Source: Nitrososphaerota archaeon (lineage in GTDB: Archaea > Thermoproteota > Nitrososphaeria > Nitrososphaerales > JACPRH01). Taken from it: 64,000 nt of DNA. The translations under genes and the position numbers were made by a program. This document shows, in pieces, positions 51,190 to 60,411 of this stretch (within the stretch, counting starts at the first letter, position 1; each line of letters begins with the position of its first letter). A model generated the notes under the pieces. It ran no database searches. It was not told the DNA's origin and worked only from the letters and a program-made list of their open reading frames with translations. The stretch is taken from the NCBI GenBank assembly GCA_016190055.1, contig JACPRH010000005.1:35233-99232 (forward strand). The letters run 5' to 3'.

Positions 51190-52245
51190 ATGCTGGACGA
51201 AGCGAGCGTAGAGAAGCTCAAGCTTGCCGAGCAGACAATAAGGAAATGCGTCGGTAGAAACGGTTTCTACGCGAGCGCTCAACTCTACAGGAAACAGTAT
51301 TGGATACGTGATCTAACCTACAGCATTGAGCCGTTGCTTGACCTAAACTTCGCGGACACCGTGAAACGTCAGCTCGAACTCACGCTTGAGCGGCAGAAGC
51401 GATCCGGTGAGGCGCCTGAGATGATTATTGAGAGGATACCATCGGTTATCAGCCAAATTAGGCTAGCTAGGATTCTTCTGGAGCGGAACCCGACTCTTCT
51501 GTTCCGGGAGATCCCTACTAGCGACAGTGATGCACTGGCTTTGATCAGCATTGAACGTTACAGTGCAGCTCGACCCGTTGAAGGATTCAAGGAGCTGCAC
51601 GCTACGCAGATAAAGCGGATTTGGCAGCATATTGAGAATAGTGTAACCTCTGATGGGTTAATGCCTGATGCTGATTGGCGTGATGCGATGTTTAACTATG
51701 TGGGTAAGACGAGTTTCTGCAACCAAGTGCTCCTAGTAATTGCCTACGGTTTAACAGGTCGAAATAAGCAGGCTGAAAGAGTCAAACGTAGTCTTGACAA
51801 AATGTTCTGGGATGAGGAGATAGGCTACTATCAAGATTACCCGGGCTCTTCACGGTTCGATGCTTTGGGACATTCGCTGGCTCTGCTGGAAGATATTGTG
51901 CCTGAGAAGCAGGTGGATAGAGCAGTAGAGGCGTTGCAGGATGCTTCAACCCAGTTCGGCGTCAGGAACATCTGGCCGAGCTACCCGGAGCGGGAGTGCG
52001 GTCAGTCTCCGGAGTATTACCAGAACTCCACGGTTTGGCCCTATATTCAAGGCTATGTGGTAGCGGCGCTGGCTAAGGTTGGGCGGCAGGATTTGGCTGA
52101 GGAGGAGTTTCGGAAGCTCAACGAGTTACCCGGGTTTAACGAGTGGTATAACCCGTCCACTGGGCGCGGTGGAGGCAGCAAAGATCAGCTCTGGAGTGCA
52201 GCAGGCTACATCAGAGCCTATAGAAGTGTGCAGAGAAAGTTTTAA
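51190..52245 (+). CDS. (alpha/alpha)6-barrel glycoside hydrolase-like protein (GDE_C/GH63/GH100-like)
   Basis: GFYAS...YWIRDLTY, NSTVWPYIQGYVVAAL and QLWSAAGYIRAY are typical six-hairpin glycosidase blocks. The exact family is not assignable by eye. Confidence 0.6.
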   Translation: MLDEASVEKLKLAEQTIRKCVGRNGFYASAQLYRKQYWIRDLTYSIEPLLDLNFADTVKRQLELTLERQKRSGEAPEMIIERIPSVISQIRLARILLERNPTLLFREIPTSDSDALALISIERYSAARPVEGFKELHATQIKRIWQHIENSVTSDGLMPDADWRDAMFNYVGKTSFCNQVLLVIAYGLTGRNKQAERVKRSLDKMFWDEEIGYYQDYPGSSRFDALGHSLALLEDIVPEKQVDRAVEALQDASTQFGVRNIWPSYPERECGQSPEYYQNSTVWPYIQGYVVAALAKVGRQDLAEEEFRKLNELPGFNEWYNPSTGRGGGSKDQLWSAAGYIRAYRSVQRKF

Positions 52246-52272
52246 ACAACCTTAACATTCTCTCTCCATGAT

Positions 52273-52875
52273 ATGGAGCTTTCTGAACAGGAGATTAAGC
52301 GAGCCGCAGAGATAAAGCAGTGGGCAGAATCAAGAATCGCAGAACTAGAAGAAGAGACGACACGTCTAAGAGAGATACTATCAGTGCTGGATGTTTTCCT
52401 CCGCAAAACTAGCTTCCAGTCAGCCGCCACAATCCCAAAGGAGACTACTCCGGCCCCGGCTCCTAGAGCCAAGAAGGCTACGGCTTCAGAGAAATCGACA
52501 CAGGTCTCTGCTACCGCTGAGTACAAGGAGGTCAAGCCTTTGACGAAGGCTAAGGATGGGCATCTTTTGGCGAACGCGTACGTATCAGATAATTCGGTAG
52601 CGATTGTTCCGGCCAGCGATGTTGTTTTGAACAGCTCAAAGCCTCCGTTCAAATCCTTCTTTCTGAACCGTATTCTAGACGGAATGCGAAGCAAGGACAT
52701 GGAGAACGTTTCAGCGGGCAGGCTGAGTGAAGATGAGGCTCTGAACTATAACGTAGAGGAGCAGAGCGGCGTAATCAAAAAAATTGTCATCAACAACTAC
52801 CGGGATAAGAGCCGGTTAAACGAGGTATTCAACACATCAGCATGGACATTCGCACGGATGCTGGAAAAGAAGTAG
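52273..52875 (+). CDS. Hypothetical protein with N-terminal coiled coil
   Basis: ATG start and a heptad-like N-terminus (EQEIKRAAEIKQWAESRIAELEEETTRLREIL). Preferred over the antisense ORF 52242-52700. Confidence 0.45.
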   Translation: MELSEQEIKRAAEIKQWAESRIAELEEETTRLREILSVLDVFLRKTSFQSAATIPKETTPAPAPRAKKATASEKSTQVSATAEYKEVKPLTKAKDGHLLANAYVSDNSVAIVPASDVVLNSSKPPFKSFFLNRILDGMRSKDMENVSAGRLSEDEALNYNVEEQSGVIKKIVINNYRDKSRLNEVFNTSAWTFARMLEKK

Positions 52876-52966
52876 ACAGATAGCAAGATAAATAACTGAA
52901 CCATCAACCACGTCGAGTAAGCAGCGAATAGCAAGTTAGTGAACGAGGAGGATAGAGAGTAGAAGA

Positions 52967-54517
52967 TTGCCGCCTATACAGCACGGGGAAGAGATACTCA
53001 TCCTTGACTTTGGAGCACAGTACGCTCACCTGATCAGCCGACGGGTAAGAGAGGCAGGAGTCTACGCTGAGCTCGTCCCATACAACATCTCAGCGGCAGA
53101 GATTAAGAGGCGAAAACCGGCAGGGCTCATACTTTCAGGCGGACCTCGAAGCGTCTACGATAAGGACGCTTTCCTCCCAGACCCGGCTATTTACAACCTC
53201 GGCATCCCTATCTTAGGGATATGCTATGGTCTTCAGCTTATCACTCATCAGCTTGGAGGAAAAGTGGCTAGAGGAGCTAAGCATGAGTACGGTAGGGCGC
53301 CGCTTAGAATAGATGATAAATCAGATCTCTTCAAGAGACTTCCAGATCATATCACATGCTGGATGAGCCACGCTGACGCGGCTGAGAGTCTACCCAGCGG
53401 CTTCAAGCCTATTGCGCATACCGAGAACTCGCCTGCAGCCGCTATAGGGAGCAAGGCGCTCAGCATTTACGGCGTCCAGTTCCACCCGGAGGTTGCTCAC
53501 ACCGAGCATGGCTCCGAGATTATTGAGAACTTTCTCTTCCAAGTCTGCAGCTGCCGCGGCGGCTGGAGTATGAAGACATTCATCGAAACCTCGGTGAGCG
53601 AGATCCGGGATAAAGTCGGTGATGAACACGTGCTTTGCGGTTTAAGCGGCGGAGTAGACTCCTCTACAGTGGCGCTTCTGCTGCATCAAGCTATTGGAGA
53701 CAAGCTGACCTGCGTCTTCATCGATCACGGGCTGATGAGGAAGGGTGAAGGTGAGCAGATCGTCAAGACCTTCCGAGAGCACTTCAAGATACAGCTGATT
53801 AACGTGGATGCTTCAGAGAGATTTTTGAGGCGGCTTGACGGTGTAGAAGACCCTGAGAAGAAGCGTAAAATCATCGGCGAAGAGTTCGTCAACGTCTTCA
53901 CCGAAGAAGGGTTGAAGATAGGTGATTTTCAGTGGCTGGCTCAGGGAACACTTTACCCTGACGTCATTGAAAGCTCGAGAGCAGGGAGCCCCGCGGCCAA
54001 AATCAAAACTCATCACAATGTCGGCGGACTTCCTGAGAAGATGAACTTCAAGCTCCTTGAACCGCTGCGAGACCTCTACAAGGACGAGGTTAGACGTGTA
54101 GCTAAACTACTCGGTCTACCTGACGAGATCGTGACCCGTCACCCCTTCCCTGGCCCAGGTTTAGCTGTACGCATAATTGGCGCAGTCACCCCTGAGAAGC
54201 TGAGAGTCTGCAGAGACGCAAGTTGGATCGTAGAGGAGGAGCTGAAGAAGAGCGGAATCTACGATAAAGTTTGGCAGGCCTTCGCCGTCACCGGTGACGA
54301 CCATGCCACAGGCGTACTAGGAGATGAAAGAAATTACGGTCACCTTGTAACGGTGCGGGTAGTCGAATCAGTAGATGCGATGACAGCGGACTGGACAAGA
54401 CTACCGTATCCAGTTATCGAAGAAATCAGCAACCGGATCACCAACGAGGTACCAGGCGTAACTTGGGTCACCTACGCGGTGTCAAGCAAACCGCCCGCTA
54501 CGATAGAACCTCAATAA
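52967..54517 (+). CDS. guaA: GMP synthase (glutamine-hydrolysing), fused GATase + ATP-PPase
   Basis: GATase: ILGICYGLQL...VQFHPE. PP-loop: LSGGVDSS. C-terminal dimerisation domain ending PPATIEPQ. Confidence 0.95.
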   Translation: MPPIQHGEEILILDFGAQYAHLISRRVREAGVYAELVPYNISAAEIKRRKPAGLILSGGPRSVYDKDAFLPDPAIYNLGIPILGICYGLQLITHQLGGKVARGAKHEYGRAPLRIDDKSDLFKRLPDHITCWMSHADAAESLPSGFKPIAHTENSPAAAIGSKALSIYGVQFHPEVAHTEHGSEIIENFLFQVCSCRGGWSMKTFIETSVSEIRDKVGDEHVLCGLSGGVDSSTVALLLHQAIGDKLTCVFIDHGLMRKGEGEQIVKTFREHFKIQLINVDASERFLRRLDGVEDPEKKRKIIGEEFVNVFTEEGLKIGDFQWLAQGTLYPDVIESSRAGSPAAKIKTHHNVGGLPEKMNFKLLEPLRDLYKDEVRRVAKLLGLPDEIVTRHPFPGPGLAVRIIGAVTPEKLRVCRDASWIVEEELKKSGIYDKVWQAFAVTGDDHATGVLGDERNYGHLVTVRVVESVDAMTADWTRLPYPVIEEISNRITNEVPGVTWVTYAVSSKPPATIEPQ

Positions 54518-54574
54518 AAAAAGAAGAGGAGAAGAAGGAAGGCGGCCAGAAAACACCGCCTCTAAATTCTCTAT

Positions 54575-55639
54575 TTAGATGCTCTTTTCAAGCAGTGATA
54601 GGATGCGGGTTGTTGAAGGGGATTCGGCGTCTAAGCTTGAGATGTACAACGCCGCAGCTGCGTTTGCCAGTCTAAGTCGTTCCGGAGGGTCGAGTTTAAG
54701 CAGGTGACCGGTTATGTTCGCTGAGTCCCAGACGTCGCCTGCGCCTGTTGATATCCGTCGCTCAGCCTCGAAGGAGGGAGAGAAGTATGTTACTTCTTCA
54801 TATGAGGAGGCTGAGCCGAAGGGGGTGTGCATATCGACTCTAGTACCTATTACATCTGAGATGAGTTCAACACATCTCGCAATGTGATCAGGCAGATAAT
54901 CTATGGGTAGACGATCAATTGAAAGCATCTCAGCGATAACTCTAGCCTCATTCTCGTTAATGCTCAAGACGTCTAGTGTGCCTTGAAGCGCTGAGAGCAG
55001 CTTAGGGATCTCGCTGCGTCGCCCTGAAACATCCGCAGGTGCAAAGTAGGTCATTACCCCGTTCTCAGAGGCCTCTTGAAAGACATGTTCAGCCAGCTCA
55101 GAGCCCTTCCGGTTAGCAGCCCAGTTGAAGACACCTACGAGATCTGCGTTTCGTATTTTCTCCCAGCAGTCCACAGGCATTTTATCAGGGGTGAAGTCTC
55201 CGACCTCGCCTACATCGCTCAGCATCACGTTGACAAGCCTATCTTGGTGGGGAAATTCGAGCGCAACGGTGTAGCCTGGCCGTCCATCTACGGTGTCGAT
55301 TGACACGTTCGGGAGAGGTGAAAAGACGTGTCTGAGAAGAGCCTCAGCTGACTTGTTCGCCACCGCAATGAGGTTGACTCCGACGCCGAGTCGACCTAAA
55401 CCGTAGGCAACGTTCGCGGCGTTTCCACCACGCATCTCCACCTGTTCGATGGAGTGTATGCTTCCGCCTCCGGCCTCTCGCTTAACTTCTATGTTCGTCA
55501 GAAAATCGCTGAATGAGGGCAGCTTCACGATTCTGTCGATGAAAAAGTCTGGCATAATCACAGTTCGAAACTGTGACAGCTTCTCAATCAGCCGCTCCTC
55601 GGATGTGAGATTCAAACCGGTTATCATCGAGTAACACAC
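54575..55639 (-). CDS. PfkB-family carbohydrate/nucleoside kinase
   Basis: MRGGNAANVAYGLGRLG N-terminal motif and the C-terminal anion-hole motif TGAGDVWDSA. Confidence 0.8.
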   Translation of the reverse strand: MCYSMITGLNLTSEERLIEKLSQFRTVIMPDFFIDRIVKLPSFSDFLTNIEVKREAGGGSIHSIEQVEMRGGNAANVAYGLGRLGVGVNLIAVANKSAEALLRHVFSPLPNVSIDTVDGRPGYTVALEFPHQDRLVNVMLSDVGEVGDFTPDKMPVDCWEKIRNADLVGVFNWAANRKGSELAEHVFQEASENGVMTYFAPADVSGRRSEIPKLLSALQGTLDVLSINENEARVIAEMLSIDRLPIDYLPDHIARCVELISDVIGTRVDMHTPFGSASSYEEVTYFSPSFEAERRISTGAGDVWDSANITGHLLKLDPPERLRLANAAAALYISSLDAESPSTTRILSLLEKSI

Positions 55640-55649
55640 ACCTACCTAT

Positions 55650-56156
55650 CTATCGCTTCAGGGTCAGGCTGTCCACCTGTGCGAGTGACTGTATCTTTCC
55701 GATGGCGTCAGACGGGACACGCCCATCTAGAACAAGCGTCAGCTTCGGGTCAGGGATAAAGTCAGGGTCATCTGCGAGCGCCTGCCTGATAACAACATTG
55801 TAGTCAGAGAGAACAGAGGAGATGCCGGAGATCACACCAGGCTTATGCGGATCGGCGTAGACAACCAAAACGCTGTAACCTAGTTTTTCCGCGACATCCA
55901 CTAAACTCATCCCGATCGGCTTTACCTGTGTAAAGATTGAGCGCAGATCCGGGTCCTGCATAATCTGCTTCACAGTGCTTCGAACAACCCGTCTATCCAC
56001 TCCAGTTGCTTCAGCCAAAGCGGAGTCGCTTACAGCCACATCGCCTACGCGCAGCTGAAAAGGCGGCGCAACACCGATTCCAAGTTCAATCATCTTACGT
56101 ACGACACTAAGCCGTGCCTTCTGCCGCGTGAACCGAGTCTGAATCTGCCGCCACAT
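55650..56156 (-). CDS. Archaeal ACT-domain putative regulator of amino-acid metabolism (HTH + ACT)
   Basis: N-terminal HTH-like region (LSVVRKMIELG...ALAEATGVDRRVVRSTVKQI). C-terminal ACT-like beta-alpha-beta-beta-alpha-beta (LVVYADPHKPGVISGISSVLSDYNVVIRQA). Confidence 0.6.
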   Translation of the reverse strand: MWRQIQTRFTRQKARLSVVRKMIELGIGVAPPFQLRVGDVAVSDSALAEATGVDRRVVRSTVKQIMQDPDLRSIFTQVKPIGMSLVDVAEKLGYSVLVVYADPHKPGVISGISSVLSDYNVVIRQALADDPDFIPDPKLTLVLDGRVPSDAIGKIQSLAQVDSLTLKR

Positions 56157-56180
56157 AACTAATCATAAGCAATGTTACGA

Positions 56181-56188
56181 AATATAAA
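56181..56188 (-). promoter_or_regulatory. TATA-box-like TTTATATT about 29 nt upstream of ATG 56156 (leaderless-type promoter)
   Basis: Read directly on the minus strand. The spacing fits archaeal TATA-to-TSS distance if the mRNA is leaderless. A polypyrimidine (T/C-rich) tract just upstream (56195-56260, minus sense) could terminate the thermosome transcript. Confidence 0.4.
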
Positions 56189-56271
56189 TGTAAGAGAGGA
56201 AAAAGAAAAAGGAACTTTAAAGGGAAAGAAAAGAAAGGGAAAAGGAAGAAATGGGGGTGAGGAAGACTTGT

Positions 56272-57930
56272 TTAGTCTTCGCCCATGCCGCCCATGCCAC
56301 CCATTCCGCCGGGTGGTCCGGCCGGTGCCCTCATTTTGGATGAGGCGATGACGTCGTCTATCCTGAGGATCATGCAGCTACATTCGGTTGCTGACTTGAT
56401 TATCTGCTCTTTGACCGCGACAGGCTCGAAGACATTTAGCTTCTCCATATCCTTGACGCCTCCGTCTAGGGCGCTGACGCCGTACCATGTCTTTCCTTGA
56501 CTCTGCGCAGCCCGAAGCTCTACTTGAGTATCGATTGGATCCAGTCCCGCGTTCTCCGCTAAGGTCAGTGGTATTGATTCGAGGGCGTCGCTGAACAGTT
56601 GGACGGCGAGCTGCTCTCTTCCGCCTAGAGTGTTAGACCATGCGCGTAGCTTACTGGCGATGTGGGCTTCAGGTGCTCCTCCGCCGGCGACCACTGCAGG
56701 CTTCTGGATCACGTCTCGCACTACGCAGAGAGCGTCGTGGATTGATCTTTCAGCTTCGTCGACGATGCGTTGAGTTCCTCCGCGTATCAGGAGGCTGACA
56801 GCCTTAGGGTTTGCTGCGCCTTCAACGAAGACCCATTTGTCCTCCTCGACGTTCCGCTCTTCAACGAGCCCGGCCTTGCCGAGATCGCTCTTTGAGAGCT
56901 CCTCGAGGTTGGTGACCACGCGGCCTCCTGTTGCCTTGGCGAGCTTCTCTATGTCGCTCTGCTTTACTCGTCTAACCGCTATGATGCCTTGCTTTGCTAG
57001 GTAGTGCTGAGCAATGTCGTCGATGCCTTTCTGGCAGATAACTACGTTTGCACCGGATTCTACGATTTTGTCAACCATGCCTTTGAGCATACGGTTCTCT
57101 TCGTCAAGGAAGAGCTTCATCTGCTCAGGGTTGCTGATGTTGATCTTGGCGTCGAACTCTGTCTTCTCAATTTCGAGGGCTGAGTTGAGCAGCGCGATAC
57201 TGGCGCTCTTGACGCTCTTCGGCATTCCGCTGTGGACGACCTCTTTGTCAAGTATGATGCCTTTGACAAGCGATGTGTCTCTGATTGATCCTCCAGGCTT
57301 CTTCTCAACCTTCACATCGTCGATATCGACCTTAAGTCCACCTTTGGTCTTCTCAGCTACCTGTAATAGTGCGTCTACAACTATTGCTGAGAGCACATCG
57401 GATTCTTTGCTGACAAGTTTGGTTGATACGCTTGTCTTCGCGATTTTAATCAGCCATTCACGGTCGTCAGGAGAAATCTTGATTGCAGAGGTGTTCAGGA
57501 TCTCTAGGGCCTTTGCGGCGGCCTTCCTGTATCCGTCTACAATAATAGTGGGGTGCACATCCTTTGAGATGAGCTCCTCAGCCTTTTCCAAAAGCGATCC
57601 TGCAAAGATGACTGCAGAGGTAGTTCCATCACCTACTTCCTGGTCTGTAGCCTTTGAAATCTCGACCATCATCTTAGCGGCCGGATGCTGAACATCAATC
57701 TCCTTCAGAATGGTTGCGCCATCGTTGGTAATAGTGACATCGCCGAGGCTGTCGACGAGCATCTTATCCATTCCACGTGGGCCGAGGGAGGAGCGGACGA
57801 TTTCAGCGATTAGCTTCGCCGCCATGATGTTATTCTTCTGAGCATCTCGTCCTCTTGTTTGAGAGGATCCTTCCTTTAGTATTAGAACCGGTTGACCGGA
57901 TGATGTAACTGCAGGTATAGCTGTTGCCAA
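56272..57930 (-). CDS. ths: Thermosome subunit (group II chaperonin)
   Basis: [28 protein letters not shown] and VVAGGGAPE blocks, plus the C-terminal [12 protein letters not shown] tail. TTG start preceded by GGTGA. Confidence 0.95.
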   Translation of the reverse strand: MATAIPAVTSSGQPVLILKEGSSQTRGRDAQKNNIMAAKLIAEIVRSSLGPRGMDKMLVDSLGDVTITNDGATILKEIDVQHPAAKMMVEISKATDQEVGDGTTSAVIFAGSLLEKAEELISKDVHPTIIVDGYRKAAAKALEILNTSAIKISPDDREWLIKIAKTSVSTKLVSKESDVLSAIVVDALLQVAEKTKGGLKVDIDDVKVEKKPGGSIRDTSLVKGIILDKEVVHSGMPKSVKSASIALLNSALEIEKTEFDAKINISNPEQMKLFLDEENRMLKGMVDKIVESGANVVICQKGIDDIAQHYLAKQGIIAVRRVKQSDIEKLAKATGGRVVTNLEELSKSDLGKAGLVEERNVEEDKWVFVEGAANPKAVSLLIRGGTQRIVDEAERSIHDALCVVRDVIQKPAVVAGGGAPEAHIASKLRAWSNTLGGREQLAVQLFSDALESIPLTLAENAGLDPIDTQVELRAAQSQGKTWYGVSALDGGVKDMEKLNVFEPVAVKEQIIKSATECSCMILRIDDVIASSKMRAPAGPPGGMGGMGGMGED

Positions 57931-57982
57931 CCTTATTGATTCACCATTAGCTACCGCCAGATAGTCGGCTAATAAACATTTT

Positions 57983-58132
57983 TCAAAATTTCTTGCTTTG
58001 CTTTACGGCTTTCGATCTCTTTCCAATCCACCATACGGTTAGGAAGGAGATCGCGGTAATGAGCAGAAATAGGATCAGAGCTTCCTTGAAGGAGATAAAG
58101 GCAAAGACAAGCGTCGATTCTACTAGCGTCAC
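57983..58132 (-). CDS. Possible small (49 aa) single/double-TM protein upstream of the thermosome (weak call)
   Basis: Hand translation from GTG gives VTLVESTLVFAFISFKEALILFLLITAISFLTVWWIGKRSKAVKQSKKF*. Hydrophobic core plus a basic tail, but no SD or homology support. Confidence 0.25.
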   Translation of the reverse strand: MTLVESTLVFAFISFKEALILFLLITAISFLTVWWIGKRSKAVKQSKKF

Positions 58133-58177
58133 TCATCACTCATCTCTATCTGCTCAGGGCGATTAGCCGAGATATAA

Positions 58178-58197
58178 GTTAAGTTGAGTTAAGTTGA
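58178..58197. repeat. Tandem direct repeat 2 x GTTAAGTTGA preceded by GATATAA
   Basis: Read directly. Lies 60-79 nt upstream of ATG 58257. Confidence 0.8.
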
Positions 58198-58256
58198 AAC
58201 ATGCCTCTTGTTGGCTGAACAATAGCGCAGTAAGAAATCTGTGGTTGAAAGGTTAA

Positions 58257-59510
58257 ATGCGCAAGTCTAGAGTAAGCAGGCTGATGACGGTGCCTGATAA
58301 AGAGTCGGGAAGCTTGGCCGTCGTCCCGAACGATCGAATACTGATACAGCAGGAGGCCACATGGTACTACGGGGGATATGCCCCGTTTAACCGGGTTGCT
58401 CTGGGTCACTTGATTGTGACTGAAAGGAGGCTGCTCTTCTTTGAGCAGAAGCCCGTGGCGCTCAGCCAGTTTTTTTCAGACACCTCGATTGAAACCTTTA
58501 GCTTAGCATTCACGCTGCTTCTGGATAAGTTGAGGAGCGCGCAGGTTGAGTTGCGCATCAGAGGTAAGGGCGGTCGACCCAATTGGCGTGACGCTGAACT
58601 GTACAGGAAAATCATGCTTGGACAGCAGCAAGTCAACCAGCCAGCTGGGTTTCTGGGGCGGAAAAATGAGTATCAGGTGCTCATAATATCTGTTAACAAC
58701 GAAGGTGGTGGAGTCGATAGCCTAGTCTTTGAAGTAGAGAGTCCAGTTGAATGGATGCGTGTGCTGAGGAAAGAGGCGGAGGGGGAGGAGGAACCGCTTA
58801 CTGCTCCTGAGGAGGCGCCTAAGGAAGAGAGTGTCGCTGTAGAGGCGGTGGAGGGCAGGGTTAAGATCGGCATCGCTATGCTAGATGAGATGTTGAACGG
58901 GGGCATACCTGAAGGATACAGCGTTGTGCTCGCTTCACCGTCCTGTGATGAGAAAGATGATATGCTTCAACAGTTCCTCGGTAAGGCGGTTGATGACGGA
59001 AAGATTGCTATCTATGTCTGCGTCGACCCGTTGAAGGTGCAGTCCACTAGTGAAGCTCATCCTAAGAATCTCCATGTGTTAGCTTGCAGCTCACGGACAG
59101 AGGTGTTACCGCAGGGGGCGCTCAATGTGAGAAGCATAAAGGGGTTGGAGAACCTCAGCGATCTCAACATTGGGCTTATGGATATCATAGACAGAGTTGT
59201 CGGTGGAGACAATGGAAAGGGCGGAGTAATTTGCATCGATGTTCTCTCCGAGATTCTGCTGCAGCATAAGATTCTAAACACGCGACGGTGGCTCATGGAT
59301 ATTCTTCCTAGGCTTCGATACAAAGGATACACAGTCCTCGCCACATTCAACCTGTACATGCATAGCTCAGAGGAGACACAGGCGGTGGTCGATGTCTTCG
59401 ACGGAGAGATCAGCCTCTACGACAAGGAAGGCTCAGATGTTAAGTGGATACAGGTCAAGAAGATGTTCAACATAGAATACTCTAGAAAAGCAATACCTTT
59501 CGACAGGTAA
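58257..59510 (+). CDS. Two-domain protein: novel ~165-aa N-terminal (PH/GRAM-like?) domain + acidic linker + KaiC/RecA-like domain with degenerate P-loop
   Basis: The C-terminal half aligns with the KaiC-like protein at 60412. GIAMLDEMLNGGIPEGYSVVLASPSCDEKDDMLQQFL corresponds to GIKGVDEILANKGIPRSYVVFVIGSPGSGKTTLALQFL. The Walker A GxxGxGKT is replaced by ASPSCDEKD. Confidence 0.6.
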   Translation: MRKSRVSRLMTVPDKESGSLAVVPNDRILIQQEATWYYGGYAPFNRVALGHLIVTERRLLFFEQKPVALSQFFSDTSIETFSLAFTLLLDKLRSAQVELRIRGKGGRPNWRDAELYRKIMLGQQQVNQPAGFLGRKNEYQVLIISVNNEGGGVDSLVFEVESPVEWMRVLRKEAEGEEEPLTAPEEAPKEESVAVEAVEGRVKIGIAMLDEMLNGGIPEGYSVVLASPSCDEKDDMLQQFLGKAVDDGKIAIYVCVDPLKVQSTSEAHPKNLHVLACSSRTEVLPQGALNVRSIKGLENLSDLNIGLMDIIDRVVGGDNGKGGVICIDVLSEILLQHKILNTRRWLMDILPRLRYKGYTVLATFNLYMHSSEETQAVVDVFDGEISLYDKEGSDVKWIQVKKMFNIEYSRKAIPFDR

Positions 59511-59596
59511 ACCTCTGCTCAGCTAACATCCCCACCATCGTGTTAGTATTGCTAAGGAGAGTACGCCGAAGTAACTTTCTCTGCCCGTGCATATTG

Positions 59597-59603
59597 TTTA
59601 AAT
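59597..59603 (+). promoter_or_regulatory. TATA-box-like TTTAAAT about 30 nt upstream of ATG 59630
   Basis: Read directly. The spacing fits a leaderless archaeal promoter and supports 59630 as the true start rather than the track start at 59540. Confidence 0.4.
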
Positions 59604-59629
59604 CCTGTGCGCATTTAATCCGTCAAGCG

Positions 59630-60151
59630 ATGAGCTACACCTTCATCCCGGGCGAGCAGATTTCGAAGGAGGAGGATAGGGTCTGGTATCTAGGGGGTCA
59701 CAGCGCCTTCACTCGAATGATGGTAGGGCAGCTGTTAGCAACAACCGAGCGGCTCATCTTCTATGAGAAGAGACCGACAGGCTCGAAGACCCTTGAGACT
59801 ATTGGTTTAGCCTTTGAAATACCGCTTGAGAAGGTGATAGCCGCCAAATTTGAGAAGAGGCTGCGGAGAAGCTCCTCAAGACCACGTTGGGACGACTTCA
59901 GAGTTTACCGTGAAATAATTGGGCAGCAGTTCGCCGCAAACCTGCCTCCAACCCTTCTCGACGGCAAAGAGGTTTACAACATCCTTCTCGTCGCTATCGA
60001 AGGTGATGGGCATCCTGAAAGCCCAACCTTTGAAGTACGGGATCCGTCAGGATGGCTCAAGACGCTTGGAATATCTAGAAGACGATTCGAAGGTGAAGAA
60101 GGAGAAGAGAAAATGAAGAAGACTGAGCCGGAAGCGAATCTAGATCAGTAA
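59630..60151 (+). CDS. Stand-alone paralog of the N-terminal domain of 58257-59510, with acidic tail
   Basis: Shared collinear blocks with the upstream protein: WYxGG; G.L..TERxLxFxExxP; LAFxxxLxK; RPxWxDxxxYRxIxGQQ; Y..L; FEVxxPxxW; EGEE. Confidence 0.6.
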   Translation: MSYTFIPGEQISKEEDRVWYLGGHSAFTRMMVGQLLATTERLIFYEKRPTGSKTLETIGLAFEIPLEKVIAAKFEKRLRRSSSRPRWDDFRVYREIIGQQFAANLPPTLLDGKEVYNILLVAIEGDGHPESPTFEVRDPSGWLKTLGISRRRFEGEEGEEKMKKTEPEANLDQ

Positions 60152-60411
60152 GCGCGAAAACCGTCTTCAGAGAAATTCATCATCGCTTTGCGTTAGAGTG
60201 ACTACTGCTGAATGATTTTAGGCGAGGTTTCTTGTTTCGGATAGCGAAGCCGGAAGAAAGATTATTCAGTCCTGTAGAGAGAGTTACCGGTTGATTCGCG
60301 TTTAGCGGAATGGGTGCAGTGGTGCTCTGGAGCCGATTTAGGTGAAAGATTGTTCTAAAGTTACCATATGCTTAATATTTAGCCGGCTCTGCACGTATGG
60401 AGAGTAAGTAG

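Noticed and set aside
52242-52700. 152-aa minus-strand ORF overlapping 52273-52875
   Set aside because: The two ORFs are mutually exclusive. The plus-strand frame has an ATG start and a coiled-coil-like composition, and it fits the gene spacing. I kept the plus-strand ORF, at modest confidence.
57014-57691. 225-aa plus-strand ORF inside the thermosome gene
   Set aside because: It is fully antisense to a confidently identified thermosome CDS. Its Ser/Leu/Thr-rich, low-complexity translation is typical of the reverse frame of a highly biased gene. No motifs are present.
58178-58197. Possible CRISPR-like or larger tandem array
   Set aside because: There are only two 10-nt units with no spacers. 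I saw no repeat-spacer architecture or cas genes anywhere in the window.
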